From positions 1,536,001-1,600,000 of the forward strand of contig CAVOFT010000001.1 of the NCBI GenBank assembly GCA_963695095.1: 64,000 nucleotides of DNA, in the 5' to 3' direction. Positions 50,536 through 63,557 of the stretch are shown here, piece after piece. Made by a program: the position numbers and the translations under genes. The DNA comes from an uncultured bacterium (lineage in GTDB: Bacteria; Krumholzibacteriota; Krumholzibacteriia; JACNKJ01). The notes under the pieces were generated by a model. It had not been told where the DNA came from, did no database searches, and saw only the letters and a program-made list of their open reading frames with translations. Within the stretch, counting starts at the first letter, position 1. Each line of letters starts with the position of its first letter.

Positions 50536-51762
50536 ATGATCAAGTGCTCCTTCTGCGGCCGCGGCCAGGACGAGGTGACCAAGCTGGTCAGCGGCCCCAA
50601 CGTCTACATCTGCAACGAGTGCATCAAGCTCTGTAACGACATCCTCGAAGAGGAGATGGTGCGCCCGGCCATCTTCGAGGATGGCGAATTCCCCAAGCCG
50701 ACCGAGATTCGCGAGCAGCTCGACGACTACGTGATCGGCCAGGAGCGCGCCAAGATGACGCTGTCCGTGGCCGTCTACAACCACTACAAGCGGATCCATC
50801 ACCTGCGCGAAGCCGAGGAAGTCGAGCTCGACAAGAGCAATATCCTCCTGCTCGGGCCGACGGGCACGGGCAAGACCCTGCTCGCGCAGACCCTGGCGCA
50901 CCTGCTGAAGGTGCCCTTCGCCATCGTCGACGCGACGACGCTCACCGAGGCCGGCTACGTGGGCGAGGACGTGGAGAACATCCTCGTCCGCCTGCTGCAG
51001 GCCGCCGACTACAACGTCAGCTCCGCCGAGCGGGGCATCGTCTACATCGACGAGATCGACAAGATCGCTCGCAAGAGCGACAACCCCTCGATCACGCGCG
51101 ACGTTTCGGGCGAGGGCGTGCAGCAGGCCCTGCTCAAGATCCTCGAGGGCACGGTGGCCAACGTGCCGCCGCAGGGCGGCCGCAAGCATCCGCAGCAGAA
51201 GTACATCGAGGTGAACACGCGCAACATCCTGTTCATCTGCGGCGGCGCCTTCGACGGCCTGCACCAGGTGATCGCCAGTCGCGTCGGCAACAAGACGCTC
51301 GGTTTCGGCGCCGAGGTGCGCAGCAAGCAGGAGCGTGACCAGGAAGACCTCTTCCTCAAGGTGCTGCCGCAGGACCTCCTGCGCTTCGGCCTCATCCCCG
51401 AGCTGGTGGGCCGCCTGCCCGTGGTGGCGCCCCTGCACGGGCTCGACGAGGCGGCGCTGGTGGACATCCTCGTCAAGCCGAAGAACGCCCTGGTCAAGCA
51501 GTACCGCAAGCTCTTCGAGATGGAGGACATCCAGCTCGAGTTCGATCCGGGCGCCATCCGCGCCGTGGCCAGGCTGGCCCTCAAGCGCGCCACCGGCGCC
51601 CGCGGGCTGCGCTCGATCATGGAAGAGACCATGCTCGATCTCATGTACGAGCTGCCCAGCCGGCCCGGCGTGCAGCGCGTCGTCATCGCCGAGGACAGCG
51701 TCACCGAGGGCAAGGCGCCGAAGATCTTCTTCGGCGACGAACGCCAGATCCGGGAAGCCTAG
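50536..51762 (+). CDS. clpX: Clp protease ATP-binding subunit ClpX
   Basis: CSFCG...CNEC zinc finger, [27 protein letters not shown] loop. Confidence 0.97.
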   Translation: MIKCSFCGRGQDEVTKLVSGPNVYICNECIKLCNDILEEEMVRPAIFEDGEFPKPTEIREQLDDYVIGQERAKMTLSVAVYNHYKRIHHLREAEEVELDKSNILLLGPTGTGKTLLAQTLAHLLKVPFAIVDATTLTEAGYVGEDVENILVRLLQAADYNVSSAERGIVYIDEIDKIARKSDNPSITRDVSGEGVQQALLKILEGTVANVPPQGGRKHPQQKYIEVNTRNILFICGGAFDGLHQVIASRVGNKTLGFGAEVRSKQERDQEDLFLKVLPQDLLRFGLIPELVGRLPVVAPLHGLDEAALVDILVKPKNALVKQYRKLFEMEDIQLEFDPGAIRAVARLALKRATGARGLRSIMEETMLDLMYELPSRPGVQRVVIAEDSVTEGKAPKIFFGDERQIREA

Positions 51763-51830
51763 CCGCTCGCCGGCAGGCCGGTGCCGGGGTGCCCGTCGGG
51801 CGCTCCGGCCTTCGCGCGAAAAGAGGCCCC

Positions 51831-54290
<2,460 letters not shown>

Positions 54291-54297
54291 GGCATTC

Positions 54298-54915
54298 GTG
54301 GGCCGCTTCGAGCAGCTGATCTACGAGACCAGCGCCCTCAGCCTGGGCGCCTGTCCGGGCGAGCCGTGGCCGGAGGTGGCCGTCTCCGGGCGCTCCAACG
54401 TGGGCAAGAGCAGCCTGCTCAACAAGCTCGCCGCTCAGAAGGCGCTGGCGCGCGTCAGCCAGCGGCCCGGCAAGACCCAGGCCCTGAACTTCTTCCGCCT
54501 GGGCGAGAGCCGCGCGCGCCTGGTCGATCTGCCCGGCTACGGCTATGCCGAAGTGCCGCGTGCGGTGCAGGACAAGTGGCGCCGCTTCATGAACGACTAC
54601 CTGGAAGGGCGCGCCCAGCTCGCGGGGCTCGTGCAGCTCGTCGACTGCCGCCACGAGCCGACCGCGCTGGATCGCCAGATGATCGACTGGCTGGCGGCCG
54701 GCGCGCGGCCCTTCCTGATCGTGCTCACCAAGGCGGACAAGCTGCCCCGCGGCCAGCGCCAGCAGGCTCTGGCTCGCGTGCGCGAGACCCTGGGGCTGGG
54801 GCCTGCGCAGCCCGTCCAGCTCTTCTCGGCGACGGACGGCACGGGGCGAGCGGAGCTGATCGCCTGGATCGACGGCCAGCTCGCGGCCTGGCGACCGGCG
54901 CCGGCGACAGGGTAG
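54298..54915 (+). CDS. engB: Ribosome biogenesis GTPase YihA/YsxC
   Basis: [25 protein letters not shown]. Confidence 0.95.
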   Translation: MGRFEQLIYETSALSLGACPGEPWPEVAVSGRSNVGKSSLLNKLAAQKALARVSQRPGKTQALNFFRLGESRARLVDLPGYGYAEVPRAVQDKWRRFMNDYLEGRAQLAGLVQLVDCRHEPTALDRQMIDWLAAGARPFLIVLTKADKLPRGQRQQALARVRETLGLGPAQPVQLFSATDGTGRAELIAWIDGQLAAWRPAPATG

Positions 54916-54917
54916 CG

Positions 54918-54946
54918 TTGACAGGGCGGCAGGGGGCGTCTATCGT
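54918..54946 (+). promoter_or_regulatory. Sigma70-type promoter of purA
   Basis: TTGACA-N17-TATCGT. Confidence 0.65.
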
Positions 54947-55000
54947 GGATCGGCTCGAAGCTCGGCCCTGCGGTCGGGCTCCGCAATGACGAGGAGAGCC

Positions 55001-56306
55001 ATGAGCGGCAAGCAGGGCAGCGCCACCGTGGTCATCGGCGGGCAGTGGGGCGACGAGGGCAAGGGCAAGCTCGTCGATGCCCTGGCCGCCCGGCACGATG
55101 TCGTCGTCCGCTACCAGGGCGGCGCCAACGCCGGCCACACGATCCGGGCCGATGGGCAGGAGTACATCTTCCACCTGATTCCCTCGGGCATCCTCATCGA
55201 GGGCAAGGACTGCGTGCTCGGGCCGGGCCTGGTGGTGGACCCGGTCACCCTGGCCGACGAGATCAAGGCCCTCAAGAAGCGCGGCATCTCGGTGGACGGC
55301 CGGCTCTTCCTGTCCGACGCCGCCCACCTGATCCTGCCCTACCATCGGCTCATCGATCGCCTCCAGGAGGAGGCGAAGAAGGGCCGCTCGATCGGCACCA
55401 CGGGCCGCGGCATCGGGCCCGCCTATGCCGACAAGGTCTCGCGCACGGGCCTGCGGGCGGAGATCTTCCGCCTGGAGCCTGAGCGCTTCAAGCGCCTGAT
55501 CATCGAGCGCACGATCGAGCAGAATCGGCGGATCGACGCGCTCTACCACGGCGAGCCGGTGAGCCCCAACGAGGCGGCCGAGAAGCTGCTGGCGGTGAAG
55601 GCCGTCATCGAGCCCCTGCTCGTGGACGCGGTGGACTTCCTGCACGAGGCCCTCGGCGCGGGCAAGCGCCTGCTGCTCGAAGGCGCGCAGGGCACGCTGC
55701 TGGACATCGATCACGGCACCTACCCCTACGTCACGAGCAGCAATCCCAGCATCGGCGGCGCGATCAGCGGCAGCGGCGTGCCGCCGTGCTGGATCGGCGA
55801 CGTGGTGGGGATCTTCAAGGCCTACTGCACGCGGGTGGGCAACGGGCCCTTCCCGAGCGAGCTCACCGACGCCTCGCGGCGAGCTGCTGCGCCAGCGCGG
55901 CGCCGAGTTCGGCGCCACCACCGGCCGGCCGCGCCGCTGCGGCTGGTTCGACATGCCGGCGGCGCGCTACGCGGTGGCGGTGAACGGCATCAGCGTGCTC
56001 GCGATCACGAAGTTCGACATCCTGAGCGGCCTGGAGGAGATCGGCGTCTGCACGAGCTACACCGTGGACGGGGAGCCGCTCGCGCGCTTCCCGCGCGATG
56101 CGGCCACGCTCGATCGCGCGAAGCCCGTGGTGGAGATGCTGCCCGGCTGGCAGGAGGACATCAGCGAAGCCCGCCACCTGGAGGATCTCCCGGCGGCCGC
56201 GCGGGGCTACATCGACTACCTCGCCGAGCAGCTCGGCCTGCCGGTCGGCCTGCTCGGCGTCGGCCCGGATCGAAAACAGATCCTGGACCTGGGCGCCGGC
56301 AGCTAG
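55001..56306 (+). CDS. purA: Adenylosuccinate synthetase; apparent frameshift near 55877
   Basis: QWGDEGKGK, GGANAGHT, IGTTGRGIGPAY, EGAQG, then EFGATTGRPRRCGW in the next frame. Confidence 0.95.
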
Positions 56307-56307
56307 C

Positions 56308-56336
56308 TTGACGCTGGTCGTGGCCGCGCCTAGAGT
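56308..56336 (+). promoter_or_regulatory. Sigma70-type promoter of tRNA-Lys
   Basis: TTGACG-N17-TAGAGT just upstream of the tRNA. Confidence 0.65.
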
Positions 56337-56347
56337 TTCCCCATTGC

Positions 56348-56420
56348 GAGCCGCTAGCTCAGTCGGTAGAGCACTTGACTTTTAATCAAGTGGTGCCGGG
56401 TTCGATCCCCGGGCGGCTCA
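56348..56420 (+). tRNA. tRNA-Lys (anticodon TTT)
   Basis: Acceptor GAGCCGC/GCGGCTC, anticodon arm CTTGA-CTTTTAA-TCAAG, T loop TTCGATC; CCA not encoded. Confidence 0.96.
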
Positions 56421-56554
56421 CTGGATCTTGAGTGCATGCCAAGGGCTTGCTGGCCAGCGGTCGAGCCGGATGCGTTATACTCCCAGGGAGCGGGAGAAGC
56501 GGCCCTGCTAGGTGTCGCTCGCGCCAGCGAAGAACAGTCCGGGAGGATGCGGTG

Positions 56555-58573
56555 ATGAAGACGGCGCTTGTCGGCGCGCTCATGCTCATTCTGAGCAGCC
56601 AGGCAGCGAAGGCGGCGACCATCCATGTCCCCGCCGATCAACCGAACATCCAGGCCGGCATCGATGCCGCTGCCGGCGGCGACACCGTGCTCGTCGCCGA
56701 CGGCATCTACAGCGGCCCCGGCAATCGCGAGATCGACTTCCGCGGGCAGCCGATCACGCTGCGCTCGGTAGGGGGCGACCCCGAGCTCTGCATCATCGAT
56801 TGCGCCGCCGCCGAGCCCTACACCGGCGTCTACTTCCACTCCGGCGAGGACAGCACCTCCGTCCTCGAGGGGTTCACGATCCAGAACGGCGTGGCGACTC
56901 ACGCTACGGATTGGCCCGGCGCGTATGCCGGTGGGGGAATCTTCTGCAACCTCGCGCGACCCCTCCTGCAGAACCTCATCCTGCGGGCGAACAGCGCACC
57001 CTACCCTGGCACCGGCGCGGGGCTCGCGATCGACGGCTTCAGCTTCAGCGCCGGTCCGATCGTCCGCGACTGCCGCATCATCGAGAACGACGACGGCGGC
57101 GTCTTCGTCTACGGCTCCGCGCGCTTCGAGCGCTGCCTGATCTCGCAGAACGCGGGCAGGTGCCTTGACCTGTACTGGAGCAACGCCCGCTTCCTCGACT
57201 GCGACGTGAGCGGCAATGAGATCCACCTCTTCGGGACGGGCCTCGGCATCGAGCTTCGCGGGTGCACGATCGTCGCCGCGATGGACGGCCACCACGGCGC
57301 TCGCATCAGCTTCTACGATTGCGAGCTGTCCGGCCACCGGCTCTATTCCTTCGAGAACTATCTCGAGTTCCACGACTGCACGATTCGCGATTGCCCCGAC
57401 GGCGCGCTCGTGGTCGAAGAGGGCTTTGGGCTGACGATCGCGGGCTGCCTCTTCGCCAACAACAGCGGCGCCAGCGGCGGGGCCATCCAGCTGGGCGGGC
57501 CGAGCACCGCGCTGATCACGGCCACGCGCTTCGAGAACAACTCCGTGCTCGGTAGCGGCGGCGCGCTCCATCTCCTCCAGGCTGCATTCGCCGTGCTCGT
57601 CGACTGCGAGTTCCTCGGGAATACGGCGGGCGGCGGCGACGGGGGCGGCGCCATTGCCTCCAGCTCATCGGATGGGCTGTCCCTGACGGGCTGCACCCTG
57701 GCCGGCAACAGCGCGCTGTCGGGGTCTTCCGGCGGCGCGATCGCCGTCGCCGACTGGGACGGCAACGACATCCTCATCAACGACTGCCTGCTGGTCGGCA
57801 ACTACAGCGAAGGCAGCGGCGGCGCGCTGTACCTGGCCGGCGAGCCTGGCACCTCGAGCCGGCTCTTCCTGGCAGGCACGACCGTCGCCGGCAATCGTGC
57901 GCTGGGTGCCGGCGGCGGCATCGCCTGCTTCCCCAAGGTCCCGCTGACCACCGGGGAATTCGACGACAGCATCCTCTGGGGCAACTGCGCGGGGATTGCC
58001 GGCGATCAGCTCTACCTGAACAACCCGGCGATCGCCGTCGATTTCGTCTGCAGCGCCGTGGACTCCGCCGGCGTCATCGGCGGCGCGGTCAGCTTCGATC
58101 CCGGCACCACCTTCCTAGATCCTCGCTTCTGCGCCCCGCTATCCTGTGCCGAGGCTCCCTTCGTCGAGTCCGCGGGCTTTGCCCTCGAGGAGGGGTCGCT
58201 CTGCTTGCCCGCGAACAACGACTGCGCGGTGCAGATGGGAGCGCTGGGCCTCGGCTGTTCGTTGACGGCCGTGGCCGATCAACCGGCGGCCCCATTCCCT
58301 CTGCTTGCTCAGAATCACCCGAATCCCTTCAACGCCCGCACGAGCCTGAGCTTCAGCTTGCCGCAAGCGGGTCCGGTGGGGCTCAGGATCTACGATCCGG
58401 CGGGGCGCGAGCGCGCCGCGCTGCTGACAGGGATCTGGCTCGGCACCGGCACGCACCGCCTGGATTGGGACGGCCGCGACGCCCAGGGCCGGCCCCTGCC
58501 TTCAGGTGCCTATCTCTGCCGCTTGGAGGCTGCCGGTGGGGCGGACACCCGGAAGCTGATCCTGCTCAAGTAA
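56555..58573 (+). CDS. Secreted right-handed beta-helix (GGAI/FxxN repeat) protein with FlgD-Ig (T9SS-like) C-terminal domain
   Basis: GGGAGG RBS; signal peptide; TIHVPADQPNIQAGIDAA..GDTVLVADGIY; F.NN...GGAI repeats; QNHPNPFN...IYD..GR...WDGRD...SGAY tail. Confidence 0.85.
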   Translation: MKTALVGALMLILSSQAAKAATIHVPADQPNIQAGIDAAAGGDTVLVADGIYSGPGNREIDFRGQPITLRSVGGDPELCIIDCAAAEPYTGVYFHSGEDSTSVLEGFTIQNGVATHATDWPGAYAGGGIFCNLARPLLQNLILRANSAPYPGTGAGLAIDGFSFSAGPIVRDCRIIENDDGGVFVYGSARFERCLISQNAGRCLDLYWSNARFLDCDVSGNEIHLFGTGLGIELRGCTIVAAMDGHHGARISFYDCELSGHRLYSFENYLEFHDCTIRDCPDGALVVEEGFGLTIAGCLFANNSGASGGAIQLGGPSTALITATRFENNSVLGSGGALHLLQAAFAVLVDCEFLGNTAGGGDGGGAIASSSSDGLSLTGCTLAGNSALSGSSGGAIAVADWDGNDILINDCLLVGNYSEGSGGALYLAGEPGTSSRLFLAGTTVAGNRALGAGGGIACFPKVPLTTGEFDDSILWGNCAGIAGDQLYLNNPAIAVDFVCSAVDSAGVIGGAVSFDPGTTFLDPRFCAPLSCAEAPFVESAGFALEEGSLCLPANNDCAVQMGALGLGCSLTAVADQPAAPFPLLAQNHPNPFNARTSLSFSLPQAGPVGLRIYDPAGRERAALLTGIWLGTGTHRLDWDGRDAQGRPLPSGAYLCRLEAAGGADTRKLILLK

Positions 58574-58731
58574 TCCCTGGAAGCGCGCAACCCCATATCC
58601 AGCGCGAGTTTCCGCCCTGCAATACAATCAAACCGCGAAACTGGTTGACGAAGTTCCCATTCTCCCTTTCCATGCATCCCCAGGATGCGCGCCGCCGGGC
58701 TTTTCCTCGGTCCGACGGCGTGCCGCGCCCT

Positions 58732-58747
58732 CGGAACACGAGTTGCT
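58732..58747 (+). promoter_or_regulatory. Possible sigma54-type promoter
   Basis: CGGAACACGAGTTGCT, GG-N10-GC. Confidence 0.45.
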
Positions 58748-58865
58748 TATCTGCAGCCGGGCGGCGGCAAATCTTGCCTGTTGCAGGAAGAACCTGCCTT
58801 GATTGAGCGTCCGGCGCCCCACGCAACGTTGCGTTTCACAACTTGCTGCAACCTACGAGGCGCGT

Positions 58866-61635
58866 GTGCACAAAATCCTATCGGCAATCCTGATCCTCTG
58901 CGCTCTCCCCGTGGCTACTACCAGCTGCGGCAAGGACAACAAGACTACCACCGGTCCCATCCCCGAGGATCCCGCGCCCTGCGTGATCGCGGTGACGGGT
59001 CCCGTCGGCGGTGAAACCTGGATCGAAGGCCAGCTGCAGACGATCACCTGGACGATCAGCGACTGCGGCACCAAGGTCTCCCTCGAGCTGTGGCGCGAGG
59101 ACGCACTGGTGGCCACGATCGCCGATAGTTCCGACAACGACGGCAGCTATACCTGGGCGGCCGCCCAGGTCGACAGCCAGGCCACCGGCTACCGGATCCG
59201 CATCGCCGATCTGGAGAGCGGCAACGCCGACAACAGCGACAACGCCTTCACGATCGAGAGGCCCGAGGACCCCGCCCCCTGCGTGGTGGCGGTGACCAGC
59301 CCCAACGGCGGCGAGACCTGGGTGGCGGGCGCCGAGTACCCGATCACGTGGACCGTCAGCGAGTGCGGGGCCGATGTCGCCATCGAGCTGTGGCGGGACG
59401 GTTCGCGCGTGGCCGTGCTCGCCGACCGCACCGACAACGACGGCAGCTACGAGTGGACGGCAATGCAGGCGGCGAACCAGGCCGCTGGCTACAAGGTCCG
59501 CGTCATCGACCTGGAGAGCAACAACGCGGACGAGAGCGACACCGTGCTCACGATCTCGCCGCCGGAGGACCCGGCCCCCTGCGTGCTCACCGTGACCGCT
59601 CCCAACGGCGGTGAGACCTGGGTGGCAGGCTCGGAGCACGCGTTCACCTGGACTCTGAGCGACTGCGGAGCCAAGGTCGCACTCGAGCTGTGGCGGGATG
59701 GCGCCCCGGTGGCCACGATTTCCGATAGCACCGCCAACGACGGCAGCTTCACCTGGACCGTCGCCCAGGTGGGCGGACATGTCCGCGGGCTACAAGGTGC
59801 GCGTCATCGACCTGGAGAGCGAGAGCACCGACGAGAGCAACGACGTGTTCACGATCGATCCGGCCGAGGACCCCACCCCCTGCGTGCTCACCGTCACCGG
59901 CCCCAACGGCGGCGAGACCTGGGTCGAGGGCCTGAGCTACCCGATCACCTGGACCGCCAGCGATTGCGGCGCCGAGGTCATGATCGAGCTGCTGCGGGAC
60001 GGCTCGCCGGCGGCCGTCATCGCCACCAGCACCGCGAACGACGGCAGCTACTCCTGGACCGCCGCGCAGGCGGACGGCGAACTGGCGGGCTACAGCATCC
60101 GCATCACCGACCTCGAGAGCGCCAGCGCGGATGCGAGCAACGGCACCTTCTCGATCGGCGACGCGCCGCCCAACCCCGACAACTACTTCTGCGTCTCGAC
60201 GACCGGCACCAAGACCTCCGGGATCAGCACCACGGATATCGCGAACTTCGGCTGGGCGAACTCCGATTGCTACCATTCCATCGGCGCGGCCATCAACGCC
60301 ATGTCCCCCGGCGACCAGGTCTGGATCAACGATGGCACCTACTATGAGGACATCTCCCTGCACTCGAGTGAGTCCGGCAGCGCCAACAACTACACCATCA
60401 TCCGCGCCCGCAACGCCGGCAAGGTCGCGCTGGAAGGCGACAACTTCGCGATGATCGATTTGCGCGCCGCCTCCTACATCGAAATCGACGGGCTGCGCAT
60501 CCTACGCACGGGCGCGGCGGCCATCTACGTCCACGAAGCGTCCCATCACTTCAAGATCCTGCGCACGGGCTGGAACCAGCGCGCGGGCCTCATCAGCGAC
60601 GACAGCCATCACGGGCTCATGGAGGATTGCTACGCCTGGGGCGGACCGCATCGCTACGCCTTCCAGGTGAATCAGGGCGCCAATCACATCGTTTTCCGGC
60701 GCTGTCGTCGTGCGCTGGGACTTCTCCAACGTCTCGGAGCCACTGGCCTGCTTCGCCTCCTATACCTGCGACAACATCTACTTCCAGAACTGCATCACCG
60801 TCGACGGCACGGACAACAAGGGTGTCGATCACACCTACGACGGCCTCAAGAGCTTCTTCACGCCCAACGGCTCGCACGGATTGCCATTACGTCGGGCTGC
60901 ATCAGCCTGAACATGGACGGCGCGGCGGGCTGGTGGCTGGAGGGGCCGACCGCCGAGGGCAGTCTCACGGACTGCGTCGCCTGGGATCACCGGACGAACG
61001 CGGGCGACGCCACCGACACCTACAAGCCCTACACCTTCTCCTCGACGGCGGACTACGGCGGCTGGCTCCTGAACCGCTGCACCTTCGGCATCAACGACCT
61101 CGGCTCTCGGCCGGTCAGCTTTGATCAATCCAACGCCGAGTCCATGGTGAACAGCATTATCTACGGCATGACGCTGAACGAGGGCCAGTACGCTGTTTCC
61201 GCCAACTTGGATGAGCACGACTACAACTGCTACTGGGGTAACACCGGCGGGCGCAATCAGGCCAGCCGCAGTCGGTCCGCACTCGCTCGTGGCCATCAAC
61301 CCGATCACGGACGGCCTGAGTTCGCTGGTCGAGATCGAGCCCGGCAGCACGCTCTGGAACGTCCGGCGACGAACGGCGGCCGCATCGGCGCTCATGATCG
61401 TGAACAAGATCGGCGTCAGCGGCACTCTCTACGGCGAGCCGGGCTGGGACCAGGACACGGGCGAGAGCCTCTGGCCCTTTCCCTACGAGGATCAGATCCG
61501 CGAGGATTGTCGGCGGATTCTGCGATGTCAGCGGGCGCGGCCTACTCGGGCAGCCCGGCCATGAACGGCGCGCGCGGCTTCTGCGCCCCCGGGCAGAGCC
61601 TGACGAACCACATCCTGAACTACCTCGATCGCTAG
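58866..61635 (+). CDS. Large lipoprotein: four tandem Ig-like (Kre9/KNH-type) repeats plus beta-helix domain; several apparent frameshifts (about 59780, 60705, 60880, 61265-61520)
   Basis: Lipobox TTSC; repeats V.VT.PNGGETW..G....ITW...NDGSY.W; then pectate-lyase-like beta-helix start PGDQVWINDGTY...IIRARNAGKV. Confidence 0.78.
58962..60160 (+). repeat. Four intragenic tandem repeats with a 300-nt period
   Basis: [PA]EDP[AT]PCV codons begin at about 58962, 59262, 59562 and 59863. Confidence 0.9.
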
Positions 61636-61791
61636 GGGGCGATGCCGGGGTCGCGCGCAAGCTAGACGGCGCGCGGCCCCGGCACCCGCCCTCCCCAGGA
61701 GGCCCAGCCAGCGCCTCCCTTTCTCCCCGTCCCTCACGAGTCCAGCCTTCGCCGCCGGTGCGGCGGGGGCTGAAATGCGCCGACATGGGCA

Positions 61792-61821
61792 TTGACAGAG
61801 TAGTTGTCATTTGTGTAAACT
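61792..61821 (+). promoter_or_regulatory. Sigma70-type promoter with an overlapping palindrome
   Basis: TTGACA-N18-TAAACT; TGACA-N7-TGTCA (61793-61809) covers the -35 box. Confidence 0.6.
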
Positions 61822-61987
61822 AGGGCTGTGGATGCCCGGCCATTATTCGATTAGGAATGAGGCCGACTCGCTGGACAGCTCGACGGACTTGGCGTCCCCA
61901 GGCTGAGACTCGATTCCGGCTGCTGGCGCCGGTTCAAACTGGCCGGACATTCCAGCAATCGGTGACAGGCCTAGCACGAGGTGAGTC

Positions 61988-62530
61988 ATGCGCAAATTGC
62001 TAGTTATTGCTCTCGCGGCGGCGATGTGCAGCTTCGCCGTTTCGGCGTCCGCCCAGCTGATCGACCAGAATCAGCCCAGCGGCGTCACCTACATGGCCGG
62101 CTTCTCCCAGGGGGATCTGGCCCAGTCGTTCATGCAGACGAATGCCAACATCTCGGGCGCCGGGATCCTGCTGCAGAGTGGGATCGGCACGTCGGATACG
62201 GTCACGATCTCGCTGTGGAACCTGCTGCCGAACCAGGCCGGCGCCGTGATGCTCGCCTCGGCGAGCGCCACGGGCACGGCGGGGCAGTGGGTCGACGTCT
62301 TCTGGGGCCTCGTTCCCATCGCGCCGGCGACGACTTACTACCTGGTCTTCACGGGCAACACGACGCTGGGCATCGCGGGCGACACCAGCAACCCCTACGC
62401 CTTCGGGCAGGTGTACGCCAACCCGGGCTACCAGTCCTGGCCGACCTTCGACTACGCTTTCCGCACCTACTACAACGATGTGACGGCGACCGCGCCCAAC
62501 AGCCTCTCTTCGATCAAGGCGCTCTACTAG
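61988..62530 (+). CDS. Small secreted beta-sandwich protein with short C-terminal motif
   Basis: GAGGTG RBS; signal peptide ending ASA; LAQSF...WVDV.W...YYLVF...DYAFRTY; ends TATAPNSLSSIKALY. Confidence 0.8.
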   Translation: MRKLLVIALAAAMCSFAVSASAQLIDQNQPSGVTYMAGFSQGDLAQSFMQTNANISGAGILLQSGIGTSDTVTISLWNLLPNQAGAVMLASASATGTAGQWVDVFWGLVPIAPATTYYLVFTGNTTLGIAGDTSNPYAFGQVYANPGYQSWPTFDYAFRTYYNDVTATAPNSLSSIKALY

Positions 62531-62567
62531 GCCGCGGATCGCTCTGCAATCCGAGGCATTCCCATTC

Positions 62568-62602
62568 GGACCCGGGGCCCCTGCCCGGGTCCTTCGCATT
62601 TT
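62568..62602 (+). terminator. Probable intrinsic terminator
   Basis: 9-bp stem GGACCCGGG/CCCGGGTCC followed by TTCGCATTTT. Confidence 0.6.
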
Positions 62603-62733
62603 CCTTGCTTGCAGTCGCCCTGCCCTCATAATCCGGCCATCGCTGTGCGGAGCCTCCGGGGCGGAGCGCCGCTACGCGGCAGGGGGTCCGATGATGCGAT
62701 CGCTTCTTCCGACGGTCCCTGGGTCTCGCGCTG

Positions 62734-63321
62734 ATGGCGGCCCTCCTCATCGCCCTCAGCGCCGCGCCCGGCCAGGCGCGCATCGTCCGCGGCCACGACC
62801 ACGACGGCGGCTTCTTCCTGCGCCTGTCGGGCGGCCTGGGCGGCGCCGATAGCGGCCCCGAGATCCCGGGCGAGGATCCCCAGCTCTCGGGCGCCAGCGG
62901 CGACGTCAACCTCGCCATCGGCGGTGTCGTCTCGCCGGGCCTGGCCCTGCACGGCACGCTCTGGGGCTGGAGCATCAGTGAGCCCACGGTGGAGTGGGCC
63001 GACGAGGAGGGCTGGTTCCCCGGGGATCTCAGTTTGAGCGCCATCGGCGGCGGCGTGACCTACTACTTCATGCCGGCCAACCTCTACCTCTCCGGTTCCC
63101 TGGGCTTCGCCACGCTCAGCCTCGATGTCGGCCATACGCAGCTGGGGGAGAGCGACACCGGCCTCGCCATGGACTTCACCGTGGGCAAGGAGTGGTGGGT
63201 GGGCGCCCGCTGGGGCCTGGGCGTGGCCGGCGCCTTCGGCTACCACAGCGTGCCCGGGGATGCGGACGAGGACTGGTCGGGCAAGAGCGTCGCCCTGCGC
63301 TTCTCGGCGACGCTGAACTAG
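62734..63321 (+). CDS. Small outer-membrane beta-barrel protein (true start may be 62691 with a +1 error)
   Basis: Alternating beta strands (HDGGFFLRLSGGLG, GVTYYFMPANLYLSGSLG, VGKEWWV, ALRFSATLN). Confidence 0.7.
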   Translation: MAALLIALSAAPGQARIVRGHDHDGGFFLRLSGGLGGADSGPEIPGEDPQLSGASGDVNLAIGGVVSPGLALHGTLWGWSISEPTVEWADEEGWFPGDLSLSAIGGGVTYYFMPANLYLSGSLGFATLSLDVGHTQLGESDTGLAMDFTVGKEWWVGARWGLGVAGAFGYHSVPGDADEDWSGKSVALRFSATLN

Positions 63322-63408
63322 GGCCGGAGCGCCAGGCCCCCTGCGGTGGATTGACGCAGCGCTCGCCGCCGCATGCGATCCCAGCACTTCCAGCGCTATC
63401 CCCGCGCC

Positions 63409-63424
63409 TGGCCCGCAGCTTGCG
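63409..63424 (+). promoter_or_regulatory. Sigma54-type promoter candidate
   Basis: TGGCCCGCAGCTTGC, GG-N10-GC. Confidence 0.5.
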
Positions 63425-63557
63425 CTTCCTGGCCGAGGGCCAGGAAAGGCCCGCTCTGGCGAGGGATGGCGTTTCGAGTCGCCGCTCCCCGATGGATCCC
63501 GGGATCGACCCCTCGCGGTCGCCAGCTCCTGCCGAGGAGCCCAGCAGGGGGTCGCCG

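Noticed and set aside
58625..58660. AAACCGCGAAACTGG resembling the first stem of a c-di-GMP-I riboswitch
   Set aside because: The downstream GCAAA and second stem elements are missing.
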